This document shows, one piece after another, positions 46,901 to 55,351 of a stretch of DNA of 64,000 nt. The number at the start of each line of letters is the position of its first letter. The first letter of the stretch is position 1. A program made the translations under genes and the position numbers. The stretch is taken from positions 388,733-452,732 of the forward strand of contig RQSC01000005.1 in NCBI GenBank assembly GCA_013416795.1, read 5' to 3'. The DNA comes from Prasinococcaceae sp. CCMP 1430. Its lineage: Eukaryota; Plantae; Prasinodermophyta. The notes under the pieces were generated by a model. It had not been told where the DNA came from and did not search any database. It saw only the letters and a program-made list of their open reading frames with translations.

Positions 46901-49900
46901 GTCGCCGCGATTGCCCGCGGCGTTCGGGACGCGCTTCGGGGGGCCGGGAAGGCAGCGATTCCGGGCGGCGGTGACACCAGCACCCGTGGGCTGTCGGCAG
47001 GGGCAGCAGTGGACCTGGCGCAAGCGCTATTGATCGCCTTCGACACATGCATCGAAGTGTGGAGGAGGGCCCGCGAAGACGATGCGGATGACCAGAGCCG
47101 TGGTCGTGCAGTCCGCAATGCCTCTTCCGCTGTATTTGACGATGATCTCGATGGTGGCGACGCATTGGCGCCAACGAGGCCAGGCAACAGCTCAACTTCG
47201 GGCTGTCTGGCCGCAGCGAGCCCTGAAGCGGCCGCAGAAGCCACCAGCTTGATTGTGATGGAAGCACTGGCTGAGCTTCGAGGGCCCGCACCAGAGCACG
47301 TCTCAGATGCAGTAGTGAAGGCGCTCACAGGCGACTCGCAGGATCTGCCTCCACGTCGCGTGCGCGAGCTGGCCACGGGCGTAGCCTCGCGCCTCGGCAT
47401 GATCTGCTCGACTAGCAACGCCCATGATGCCATGTTTGAGGAGATAGACGCTCAGATGACGATGCACTTGAGCCAGGGCTGCGGAGATGTCATGGATTTC
47501 GGCGCGGCTGCGCCAATTGTGCAGTGCTTCACACGAAGTCTTCGGAGCCTCGAAGGAAGCGATGGCGTCACTGAAACCGAGAGTACTGCTCTGCTAGAGC
47601 GTGCAAATGCTGTGCGAGATGCTCTTCGCGGCTTTGACGCCAGCCAGAGGACGTGGAGGGCGCGGTGCGCTTTGGCAGGCTTGGCGGCGCAGCTCACTCG
47701 TCTCGATGCAGGAGAGTTCTTGCCGATGGCGCAGGCCTTGCTCCCCAGCATGTGCAAAGATGACGACTGGAGGGTGCGCGCGTGCGCTGGCGCTGCCATC
47801 GCCACGATATTCGCTGTCGCCCCGTTGAGCACTCATGGGAAACTTGCAAATGCATGCACGCAGTCTCTGTCGTTGGCATCTCCGGCGTGCGTATCCACTG
47901 CGGGCCGCCCGCCCACTGAAGACGCTCGTGCAGGCGTCGCTGTAGAACACGCAGAGACTGCTGCGCTGACGCTGGCGTCGCTGGCTGTCACCAGCCCCGT
48001 GGCCGAGTCGCAATGCGTGATTGCCCTGTGTGTCCACGCTGCTGGTTCTCAGCATACTCGGAGCCTCGTTTTCGCATGCCTCGGCATCGTTGCTGAGGTG
48101 CTTGGGTACTCATCCGTTGTCTCGCTCGCATCCCGGCACAAAGCAGCGCTACTTGGGCGATGGGTTGCGAAGCGATACAGCTTGCCTGACCTCAAGTATC
48201 TGCAGGTGCTCTTCGACGTCATGCCAGACGAGGACGACGAAGGTATGGACGCGGAGGCTGAAGCCGACCACGACCTCGACGAGGTGCTAAGTCGGCTACA
48301 GGGTCCTCTCGTCGCTGCGCTGGTGTGCCACGAGAGACGCACCGAACTGGACTGGCTCGCCTCGCGCCTGGGTGTGCAGCCAAAGATGCTAGTCCGAGGG
48401 AGCTTCGGTCAGGTCATGGCTTGGACGCTCACAATGATGGTGAACTTCCGCGGTGCAGGCCGCGAGTCTCAGGCGGCGAATGTGCTTTCTTTCAAGTGCG
48501 TTTCGGGCCTCAACAAAGAGGAGGCCGCGGAATGGATCGGACAACCAAGGTTGTTGCTGTGGATGGTTGACGAGACCCTCAACCTCGTGAGGGACGAGCC
48601 ATGCGGCGGGCCTGAGGACGCCACGCTGGCCCAGAGTGGAGCCATGGCGGCAACGGTGGCTTCTGGAGCCGCGACAGGGACGGAAGATAGCGGCGGGGCA
48701 TCATCCGTCGCGTGGCCGAATTGCGTCGGCGCGACCGCAACGGCGGCGATGAACACGCTGGCCTCGTTCATGGGTGGGAAGGGGGCCTTGGCAATGCACA
48801 TCGTCCCAGACGGTAGAGTCAAGCAGCACTTGGTCCAGGTTCAGTACATTGAGGACTCTGCGCAGGGCTCCCAACGGCACCGGGCTGACGCGCTGGCTGC
48901 GCTCAATGTTGTGGTGGCTCTTCTTGGTGAGAGGGCGACGGCCCCCTTAGTCGTCCGACACGCGACTGCCATCGCCCTGCGCATGTCCAAGTCGCCCGGC
49001 CTCGCCGAGCGTGCGCTGATGCTCGTGCGGACGCTCATTGCTAAGTCGACCCGATTGGGCGCATGGCAGGGCGAAACCAACTCTCCCGACAAGGAGCTGG
49101 CGTTCGATGTCGTCGCAGATGTCATGCCCTCGCTCGTCGCGACAACATCAACGCTGATCGACGAAGGATACACGCCGGGTGGGCCTCAGACGTCTACAAC
49201 GCAAGCGTCTCTGAAGCTTGTACAGGAGATCTTCATTGACTCAGCACCGGCGAGCGTCAGCTCGGTGGCTGCTGAGATGGAGCCGCTGCCCGATGTGCCC
49301 GAGCTCGCCAATGCCTGTCTCTGGCAGAGAACTGTTGCTGGGGAGACACCCCTTGCGACAGCTGTGAGAGCATTGTCGCGGCGTGCACCCGCGATGTCTT
49401 TGCGGGGGCGAGAGCGGGCGTGCACCATGTTGCAGGCGCGCATGCGAGGCGGCGGCGAAGGAGGGGGTGGTGCTGTGATGGCAGCCGCGCGTGAGCTGGC
49501 GGGTGTGGCTGTGTCTCTGGGGGATGACGGCCTGGTCAATGTGGCTGCGTCCGTGCTGTCACGCGCTGCACTTGAGCCACCCAAGACCGGCGTCGCTGCT
49601 GTCGATCCATGTGCCTTGGTGACACCTGTGCGCCATCCGGGACAGCACGCACCGAAGGGTGCCGAGAGCAGCAAGTGGCCGGTGTGGCGTGTGGCGATGG
49701 GCGCGCACGTGCTCAAGGCCCTTTGCGACCTCAGTATCTGCCCAGTGCACAAAAATGCCGCCATGGCCGAGCGCGCGTTGCGACACGCACTCATGTTCAT
49801 CAAGAGAGACACTGACCCTGCCGTACGTGACCGCTACAACTTGGTATTCAGCCTCCTGAGTGACGCAGCCGCTGGCGGGCAGCGTGAGAGGTTTGTTGCT

Positions 49901-52900
49901 CCACTCACGCATCTTCACGCGGCATATCTGAAGCCACTGTTCAAGCAAGCAAACCCCAGCCCAAAGCGCTTGCAATATGCAAAATTGGATGCGCGCCAGT
50001 TGTGGTCGTCCGATGAATCAGCCGGCGGCTTCGACCGCTGGGTGTGCCAGCTTACCCCCGCGTTGATATCATACGCGGATGGCGAGATGCTGCTGCAGGA
50101 GTGCTTCCAGCTGGCGTCGAATGTCCCCTCGTTTGCTCAGGACCTGCTTCCGCACGCCGCCCTTGCAGCTGCGCTTACGCCCCGGCCTATCGAAGACGGG
50201 CATTTGATTGCCGAGGCTGTGGCCGACGGTATCGTGACACACACTCTCCCCGCTGGCGGACGCGCGGCGGCGGCGATCCTATCGATGCTTGAAACGCTGC
50301 GGCAGGCACACAGACAAGATATGCGCGTAGCGAGATCGCGGCAGAGCCTCGAGGGCACGCCCAGGGCATGGCTGTGCCCTTGCTGGGCGCCTGTCGACAA
50401 TGTGTCCGTGGCATACGCGGCGCTGCGTGCGAACAAACCCGTGACCGCCTTGCTCTGGGCGGAGATGGCGTACGAGGAGCAGCGCAATGGCCCTGTTACA
50501 GCGGCACCTGGAAGAAGGAGCGCGAGGAAGGCGCCACGCCCTTCGGGTGGATGGGATGCACTTAAGGGCTTGGCCAAGGTGGAGCTACCAAAGCCAGATG
50601 GATCGCTTGCGCGACCGGTGCAAGCGCTGCTCGACTGCGCCGCTGCCGTCGGCGAAACTGACTCAGTGATCGCCGCCGCGCGCGGCGCCGGGGCAGATGC
50701 GCGCGTCGCCCGCGCGTGCGCGAGTGGGAACTGGTTAGGTGCCCTACAAGCGTCTGACTCGATGCTGTCGGGCGGAGACCGTGGTGGCATGCCCATTCGA
50801 CGTCGACTGGAGCTTGTGGAGTCGGCGTCTGCCGCGCTGCGCGCGCTCGGCTGTGAACACGTGCGCGCGAACCTCGTGGGCGCGACTGCATCTCATCTCG
50901 GTGGCTCCTGTGCCACGCGATTGGATCCAATGCAGTGCGAGGTGGCCTGGCGCCTCGGCCAGTGGCAGTCTATCCAGGACGACGCCTCGATGGCTGGTGA
51001 TCGAGGAGTGCAAAGAAGGGTGGGGAGCGCAACCACGGACGGATCGTTCGATGGGCTCATGCTCCGCGCTCTCAGTTCCACCTCTGCCGGTGATAGCACA
51101 GGGGCACAGAAGGCGCTGCGCTCGATGCGTTGCGGCGAGGCACGGCAGATGGTATCCATTGGGACCGAGCGTGATTTAGTCTCGAGCGGCATCCTTGGGA
51201 GGCTGCTGATCGTCGATCAAGTCGAGGCGGCAGGGGCGCTCAGGGCAATCCGCGTGAGCTGTGCGGACGGTGGGTCTGACACGCAAGACATGGACTTAGA
51301 CTGGGCCGCCGCCAGCGGGCAGAGCGCTGGTGACGGAGCTGAGAACGCGTGGGTGGAGAGGTGGTGCGCTATCCGTGCGCGCCTCAGCCAAGCGGGCGGC
51401 GGTGGATTCGAGCACACGGAGGTGCTGTTCGCAGCCGAGCGCGCGACTTTGCTGCTGCTGCCTGCCGACGAGCAAGCGTCGCAGATAGCGCGCTGCGACC
51501 TCGAGATGGCGCGCAGGGCACGCAAGGCGGGCTGGCGCGGCGCAGCCGCTGCAGCACTCGAGCGCATGTCTGGCAGCGCAGCACAGCACGTGGCAGGCCG
51601 TGCACAGATTGAGCATGCCAAGCTCCTCCATGCCGATGGTGAGAGTGGAGAGGCAATTGCCTGCCTTCAGCACGTGACCAATGGCACTTTGGAGGGCGGC
51701 GATGCAATGTCGTCCGATGATGGCGCATCTCTCAAAGCGTATGCTATGTACCTTCAGGGCAAGTGGCTCGCGTCTGGAATGTCCGACAGTGCCCGCAACG
51801 TGCTCGAGCACTATCTTCGCCCGGCCGCGGAGGCGATGGCCGCGGAGGCGATGGCCGCGCTTGCGGAAGGTGATGTGAGCGACGACGTGAGAGCCGCCGG
51901 CCACAAGGCGAAGCTGGCTTGCCGCGCCAACTTTCACCTCGCCGCGCTTGCCTCGCGCGCGTATCGGAACGCAGCTGAGCGCGAGACCACGGGCGAAGGG
52001 CGTGCCGTGATCGAGGCTCGGCAGATGAGGCGACGCGCGCTCGACTCTGCGAAGCAGCGGCTGAGTGAGCGTGGTGCGAAGATGGAGCAAGCGACGAAGG
52101 TCATGCTCAACAGGAAGATTCGCAACCTTGAAAACACTGTCAAGCTTGACGCTGAGGAGGAAACCACTGAGATCTCGGTCAAGCGCGACCTTCTACACGC
52201 GGCCGCAGCAGGCTACGCGCGCGCCATGAAGCTCGGTGATGCGTACGATCTGTCTGCTGCGTTCAGTCTGCTCAGAATATGGTTCAACCACTCGGACGAC
52301 AAGCATGTCATGCGAGAGGCATGCGAGGCCGCCCAAACGCTGCCTAGCCACAAGTGGCTCTGCGTCGTGTACCAGGTGGCCGCGAGGCTCGATGAGACGA
52401 CAGCGCACAACGAGGAGTTTCAAAAAGCCATCTGCGCGCTGCTCGTCCGCCTCGCGAGCGATCACCCCCACCACGCGTTGCCACACATCATTGCGCTCAA
52501 GAACGGCGACAGGCTAACTGCGGACAAGAAGTGCGCCAAGGAGGCATCAGGGACGGGCCTGCATGGTGTGGGCAAGCGCGCGGCAGCCGAGGCCGTCTTG
52601 ACCACCGTGAAGGATTCCAAGACATATGCGTCGAAAGTCGCACACGCGACTGATCGGCTCGTTGATGTGTATTTGGACATCGCATTCAAGACCACCCAGA
52701 CGCATCACCACCCCAATGGTCAGCGTGTGAAGACTCACGGCCCTCTGCCGGACAGCGCGCGGGCGGTGCGCGGCCTTGGGGAGGCCGCCATTTGCACTGC
52801 GCTCCCCCCTCCTCGCCCGGATGCCTGCTATGACAGCCACGACGCGCTGGGTTCGTTCCCCCGTTTCAATGGCTTCGTAAACCCGCACCTCCCACCGGAC

Positions 52901-54001
52901 AACCCCGGCGGCATCAATGCGCCCATCCTACTCAAGGTATCGGGCACGGACGGTGTGGCTTACCGCCAGCTCGTGAAGAGCGGCAGCGACGACCTACGCC
53001 AGGACGCCGTGATGGAGCAACTTTTCGAGCTGGTCAACCAGCTGCTCGCGCGGTCGCCGGAGGCCGCGCGCCGCAGGCTTCGCGTTGGCACATACCCCGT
53101 CGTGCCTTTCTCCCCAGCGGCCGGCTGCGTTGGGTTTGTGTCTGGTGCCATCGAGCTCGGCGACTGGCTCTACAAATCTGCTGGTGGCGGCGCGCACGGG
53201 CGCTACCGTCCGCAGGATTGGGGCTTCGCGACATGCAGAAGGGCGATGGTCGACGCGCGCGGCGGTGGAGGCGGTGGCGGCGCGCTCGTGCAGCGGCTTG
53301 TGGATGAGTATGGCCGGGTGTGCGAAAACTTTCGACCGGTGCTCCGCCACTTCTTCACCGAGCACTTCGACACTCCCAGCGAGTGGCTCGAGCGTAGACT
53401 CACGTACACGCGCTCGGCCGCCGCCAGCTCCGTCGTGGGCTACGTGATGGGCCTCGGAGACAGGCACGCCAGCAACATCCTCATTTCGACAAGCACTGCC
53501 GAGGTTACGCACATCGACCTCGGCGTGGCCTTCGAGCAAGGTCGCATGCTGCGCATACCCGAGACGGTGCCCTTCCGGCTCACGCGCGATATGGTGGACG
53601 GGATGGGCGTGCACGGCGTGGAGGGTGCTTTCCGCGCGTGCGCGGGCGTAGCCATGGGGGTCATGCGGGCGTCCAAGGAGGCGCTGCTCACCATCGTCGA
53701 GGTCTTCATTCATGACCCACTCTACACGTGGGCGATCAACGACATTGCGCGCGACCAGCGCCAGCGGGACATGGATGATGAGGGCACCGACGAGACGGGC
53801 ACCGTCGCGGATGTGGCAGAGGAGGGGCCCTCGCGCAATTCGGAGGCGGAACGCGCGCTTGGGCGCGTGCGCAGCAAGCTCGATGGTATTGAAGGGGGTG
53901 AGTTTTACGCGCCCGACGGGCAGGTCGCCAAGCTCATCAACGAGGCGCGTGACCCGCGCAACCTTGCCGTGCTCTTCGCCGGCTGGGCGCCGTTCTTGTG
54001 A
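43928..54001 (+). CDS. ATM: Serine/threonine kinase ATM (PIKK; TAN-like N-terminus, FAT, kinase, FATC), single 3357-aa ORF
   Basis: YRQLVKSGSDDLRQDAVMEQLF, YTRSAAASSVVGYVMGLGDRHASNIL, HIDLGVAFEQG, PETVPFRLTRD, VEVFIHDPLYTW and C-terminal DPRNLAVLFAGWAPFL. Confidence 0.95.
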   Translation: MSGSGTSSLSRHAYKVCDLLKCSRLIREKTEGRKQLKEAVQSHPFVDILLRNTDGMDPQLSNEEIDQKEWLCSCPGVAEIACEHIDQEVDAVLDKIERERRSVAGHGAGGPRKRTEVDSALAKVLRGLVVAVHARVVELRRSHDSEGGVGAPPDDAAPPFTRVAKAILNHIAGILDRDDTFVAFEGDYIQLLLNYLLPTPAYASRLTPKIFKSLMKTFTSKLQLFATGRGRVTESQAHDCARALQALLRYYQRDLSSGEKPACVEVAEALATVFENMHDEGRTAMATVGALNELIARDGVNMSSKLLTLHESSIASFVSAGLASSTKLAGLKEALVLHSRMMLALGAGSNLRSMAILFSLLEKELSAPMKVLGSDQRHAHGLPLPRRHVGALLLAADVCLILVRAPAEAQSAAEPTQDDREHDAVGTLGTLRSTRGHSRSVRMRRAPPAERLADALMSGRGLWPMLAAVIARRHGQSLPPRCRSMWLAAAVTALPEVITTAAGNSASAAGASSGGSGAQGDCEDSAVHATWLTRFVAALAVSWLDDESSTTSMVDGAQVGLAIAKFGVRAESWPADAALLPALWCRARDCLVRWLPSLGDSELAHEVCRALAAIGRRALVPGELLPVDAWRAPAMAAFNLEPSSSSSAGAGDLKRGTAKPAAPAIELISAIASSPVQSQWSSASFDTKRSTLRTSLAACLCLVIRHATPSSAGSDQSQSQAEVGGRVSFSHTTLTRAGVTRAVDTLAALCFNASNATADCFGPPEEVSESRNSLFDSTALTEDRYHDSEGVLTEDIIPWLERHHDKLAEGTVVAPERLDALMGLDVAGVQAQARYMVSSSVGSALSCRNLSREAASLISDALRQSAGDLETSTAFPARDRIATPHSVGSVGAMAGILTQRARSAQPAGERAGRRVQNVLALCCAAGVLRGGCQNAAAAAGTSAPRSSWGDDGDVANAADLAASVVTAAVRHAANLTKDVDALKDAPTRLASVAAIARGVRDALRGAGKAAIPGGGDTSTRGLSAGAAVDLAQALLIAFDTCIEVWRRAREDDADDQSRGRAVRNASSAVFDDDLDGGDALAPTRPGNSSTSGCLAAASPEAAAEATSLIVMEALAELRGPAPEHVSDAVVKALTGDSQDLPPRRVRELATGVASRLGMICSTSNAHDAMFEEIDAQMTMHLSQGCGDVMDFGAAAPIVQCFTRSLRSLEGSDGVTETESTALLERANAVRDALRGFDASQRTWRARCALAGLAAQLTRLDAGEFLPMAQALLPSMCKDDDWRVRACAGAAIATIFAVAPLSTHGKLANACTQSLSLASPACVSTAGRPPTEDARAGVAVEHAETAALTLASLAVTSPVAESQCVIALCVHAAGSQHTRSLVFACLGIVAEVLGYSSVVSLASRHKAALLGRWVAKRYSLPDLKYLQVLFDVMPDEDDEGMDAEAEADHDLDEVLSRLQGPLVAALVCHERRTELDWLASRLGVQPKMLVRGSFGQVMAWTLTMMVNFRGAGRESQAANVLSFKCVSGLNKEEAAEWIGQPRLLLWMVDETLNLVRDEPCGGPEDATLAQSGAMAATVASGAATGTEDSGGASSVAWPNCVGATATAAMNTLASFMGGKGALAMHIVPDGRVKQHLVQVQYIEDSAQGSQRHRADALAALNVVVALLGERATAPLVVRHATAIALRMSKSPGLAERALMLVRTLIAKSTRLGAWQGETNSPDKELAFDVVADVMPSLVATTSTLIDEGYTPGGPQTSTTQASLKLVQEIFIDSAPASVSSVAAEMEPLPDVPELANACLWQRTVAGETPLATAVRALSRRAPAMSLRGRERACTMLQARMRGGGEGGGGAVMAAARELAGVAVSLGDDGLVNVAASVLSRAALEPPKTGVAAVDPCALVTPVRHPGQHAPKGAESSKWPVWRVAMGAHVLKALCDLSICPVHKNAAMAERALRHALMFIKRDTDPAVRDRYNLVFSLLSDAAAGGQRERFVAPLTHLHAAYLKPLFKQANPSPKRLQYAKLDARQLWSSDESAGGFDRWVCQLTPALISYADGEMLLQECFQLASNVPSFAQDLLPHAALAAALTPRPIEDGHLIAEAVADGIVTHTLPAGGRAAAAILSMLETLRQAHRQDMRVARSRQSLEGTPRAWLCPCWAPVDNVSVAYAALRANKPVTALLWAEMAYEEQRNGPVTAAPGRRSARKAPRPSGGWDALKGLAKVELPKPDGSLARPVQALLDCAAAVGETDSVIAAARGAGADARVARACASGNWLGALQASDSMLSGGDRGGMPIRRRLELVESASAALRALGCEHVRANLVGATASHLGGSCATRLDPMQCEVAWRLGQWQSIQDDASMAGDRGVQRRVGSATTDGSFDGLMLRALSSTSAGDSTGAQKALRSMRCGEARQMVSIGTERDLVSSGILGRLLIVDQVEAAGALRAIRVSCADGGSDTQDMDLDWAAASGQSAGDGAENAWVERWCAIRARLSQAGGGGFEHTEVLFAAERATLLLLPADEQASQIARCDLEMARRARKAGWRGAAAAALERMSGSAAQHVAGRAQIEHAKLLHADGESGEAIACLQHVTNGTLEGGDAMSSDDGASLKAYAMYLQGKWLASGMSDSARNVLEHYLRPAAEAMAAEAMAALAEGDVSDDVRAAGHKAKLACRANFHLAALASRAYRNAAERETTGEGRAVIEARQMRRRALDSAKQRLSERGAKMEQATKVMLNRKIRNLENTVKLDAEEETTEISVKRDLLHAAAAGYARAMKLGDAYDLSAAFSLLRIWFNHSDDKHVMREACEAAQTLPSHKWLCVVYQVAARLDETTAHNEEFQKAICALLVRLASDHPHHALPHIIALKNGDRLTADKKCAKEASGTGLHGVGKRAAAEAVLTTVKDSKTYASKVAHATDRLVDVYLDIAFKTTQTHHHPNGQRVKTHGPLPDSARAVRGLGEAAICTALPPPRPDACYDSHDALGSFPRFNGFVNPHLPPDNPGGINAPILLKVSGTDGVAYRQLVKSGSDDLRQDAVMEQLFELVNQLLARSPEAARRRLRVGTYPVVPFSPAAGCVGFVSGAIELGDWLYKSAGGGAHGRYRPQDWGFATCRRAMVDARGGGGGGGALVQRLVDEYGRVCENFRPVLRHFFTEHFDTPSEWLERRLTYTRSAAASSVVGYVMGLGDRHASNILISTSTAEVTHIDLGVAFEQGRMLRIPETVPFRLTRDMVDGMGVHGVEGAFRACAGVAMGVMRASKEALLTIVEVFIHDPLYTWAINDIARDQRQRDMDDEGTDETGTVADVAEEGPSRNSEAERALGRVRSKLDGIEGGEFYAPDGQVAKLINEARDPRNLAVLFAGWAPFL

Positions 54002-54064
54002 GGCTGAGAGAAGATGACGGGGCCGGGTGTTATGTTACATACTGTATCTTGAGTGTACACTGCT

Positions 54065-54950
54065 TCACGCGAAGTAGCATTTGACGACAGGGCGCACCGA
54101 GTGTATCCGTAGCACGGGCGCCTCTTCCTCTCCGGCAAAGAAGGCCCTCGCTTCGCCGACCACCGACGCGTGGCCGGCACCGCCCCTACGCTTGGCTCGG
54201 ATCTGAAGCGGCGCGCCCGCGCGCGCAGCGGCTGCGGAGCGCAATTGCGCGCGATGGCCGCTGTCAGCACGGGGGAAAAGGACCGTCGCACACCCGCACG
54301 CGCGCGCGATTGATCGCACCTGCGAGCTGTGCTCTTGCTGCTTTTTGGGTCTGTGGGTACTGAGAGCACTCGCCTGCCAGCCGCACAGACAGCTACGTGC
54401 GCCCGCGCCCGCGATGTCAGCGCACACGCGCAGGAATTCTGTGTGCAAACAGCATGTGCGCGCGCGCGTACCGCTCCAGTCGCCGGCGCGCGGTAGAGCT
54501 CGAGCCGTGGCACGATGCGACCAGCCGGCCCCGCCCGCGAGTCCTCGACGGCACCCTCGGTGGCTCCGATGTCCTCGAACACGGAGGAGAGCGAGAGCGC
54601 CTGCGCATTGTCGCGCACGCAGGCAGCGCACACGAACTCGCCCCCCCGGCTGGTCCCGGGCGCAGTGGTGGCGCCATGGCCATCAGGCCCGGTGTGTGGC
54701 CTGGTGGCAGCGTTTTGGACCGTACTGCGCGCCGCGATGCCCGCGTATACGCCGCTCTTCTGCCTCACGGCTGCCGGCAGCGGCGCCCGCGCGAGCTGCA
54801 GCGGCGGAGCGACGGCGGTCGCCGGCACGCGTGCCGCACACGCAGCAGCGCGCGCCGCCGCCCCCGCCGCCGCCCGGCGCGCGCGCCGATCCGCCACTCG
54901 CATATGCCGCCGCGCGGCTCGGCACACACCCCATCGCAGGCACGCGCAGT
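54065..54950 (-). CDS. Hypothetical spliced gene
   Basis: Protein-like segments in different frames (SVFEDIGATEGAVED...RLELYRAP and EARAFFAGEEEAPVLRIHSVRPVVKCYFA*) with GTGCG donors; no family recognised. Confidence 0.3.
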
Positions 54951-55351
54951 GGCAACCCCCCCACCCCACCCCACCCACCCCACCCCCTCCATCGCCCCAC
55001 CCCGCCTGCAGGTGGGGGAACCTGACGAAGGAGGAAACGGTCAGGTGGAGGTTAAGGTTACGATCGCGAGGTAAAAGGGTTCTTTGGTTTGTAGGGTTTG
55101 CGGCCGCGTTTCGAACGCGCCCCGGCCCGGGCGCCGGGCGAGGGGGCCCGCCGCGCGGACGACGGCCCGAATTCCCTGAAGCACATGCATTGGTGAGGGA
55201 ATTTCGTGCAATTATGGGTGAAAGGACACGCACTATTTTTCTGATTGCGAGATTTCGTGCGTGCGCGCGGCGGCGGCGTAGTGGCGCGCTGTGCTTTGGA
55301 TGCGCGCCTTGCCACCGCGTGCGCGCTTCTTGGAGCGCGTGTCATCGTCGN

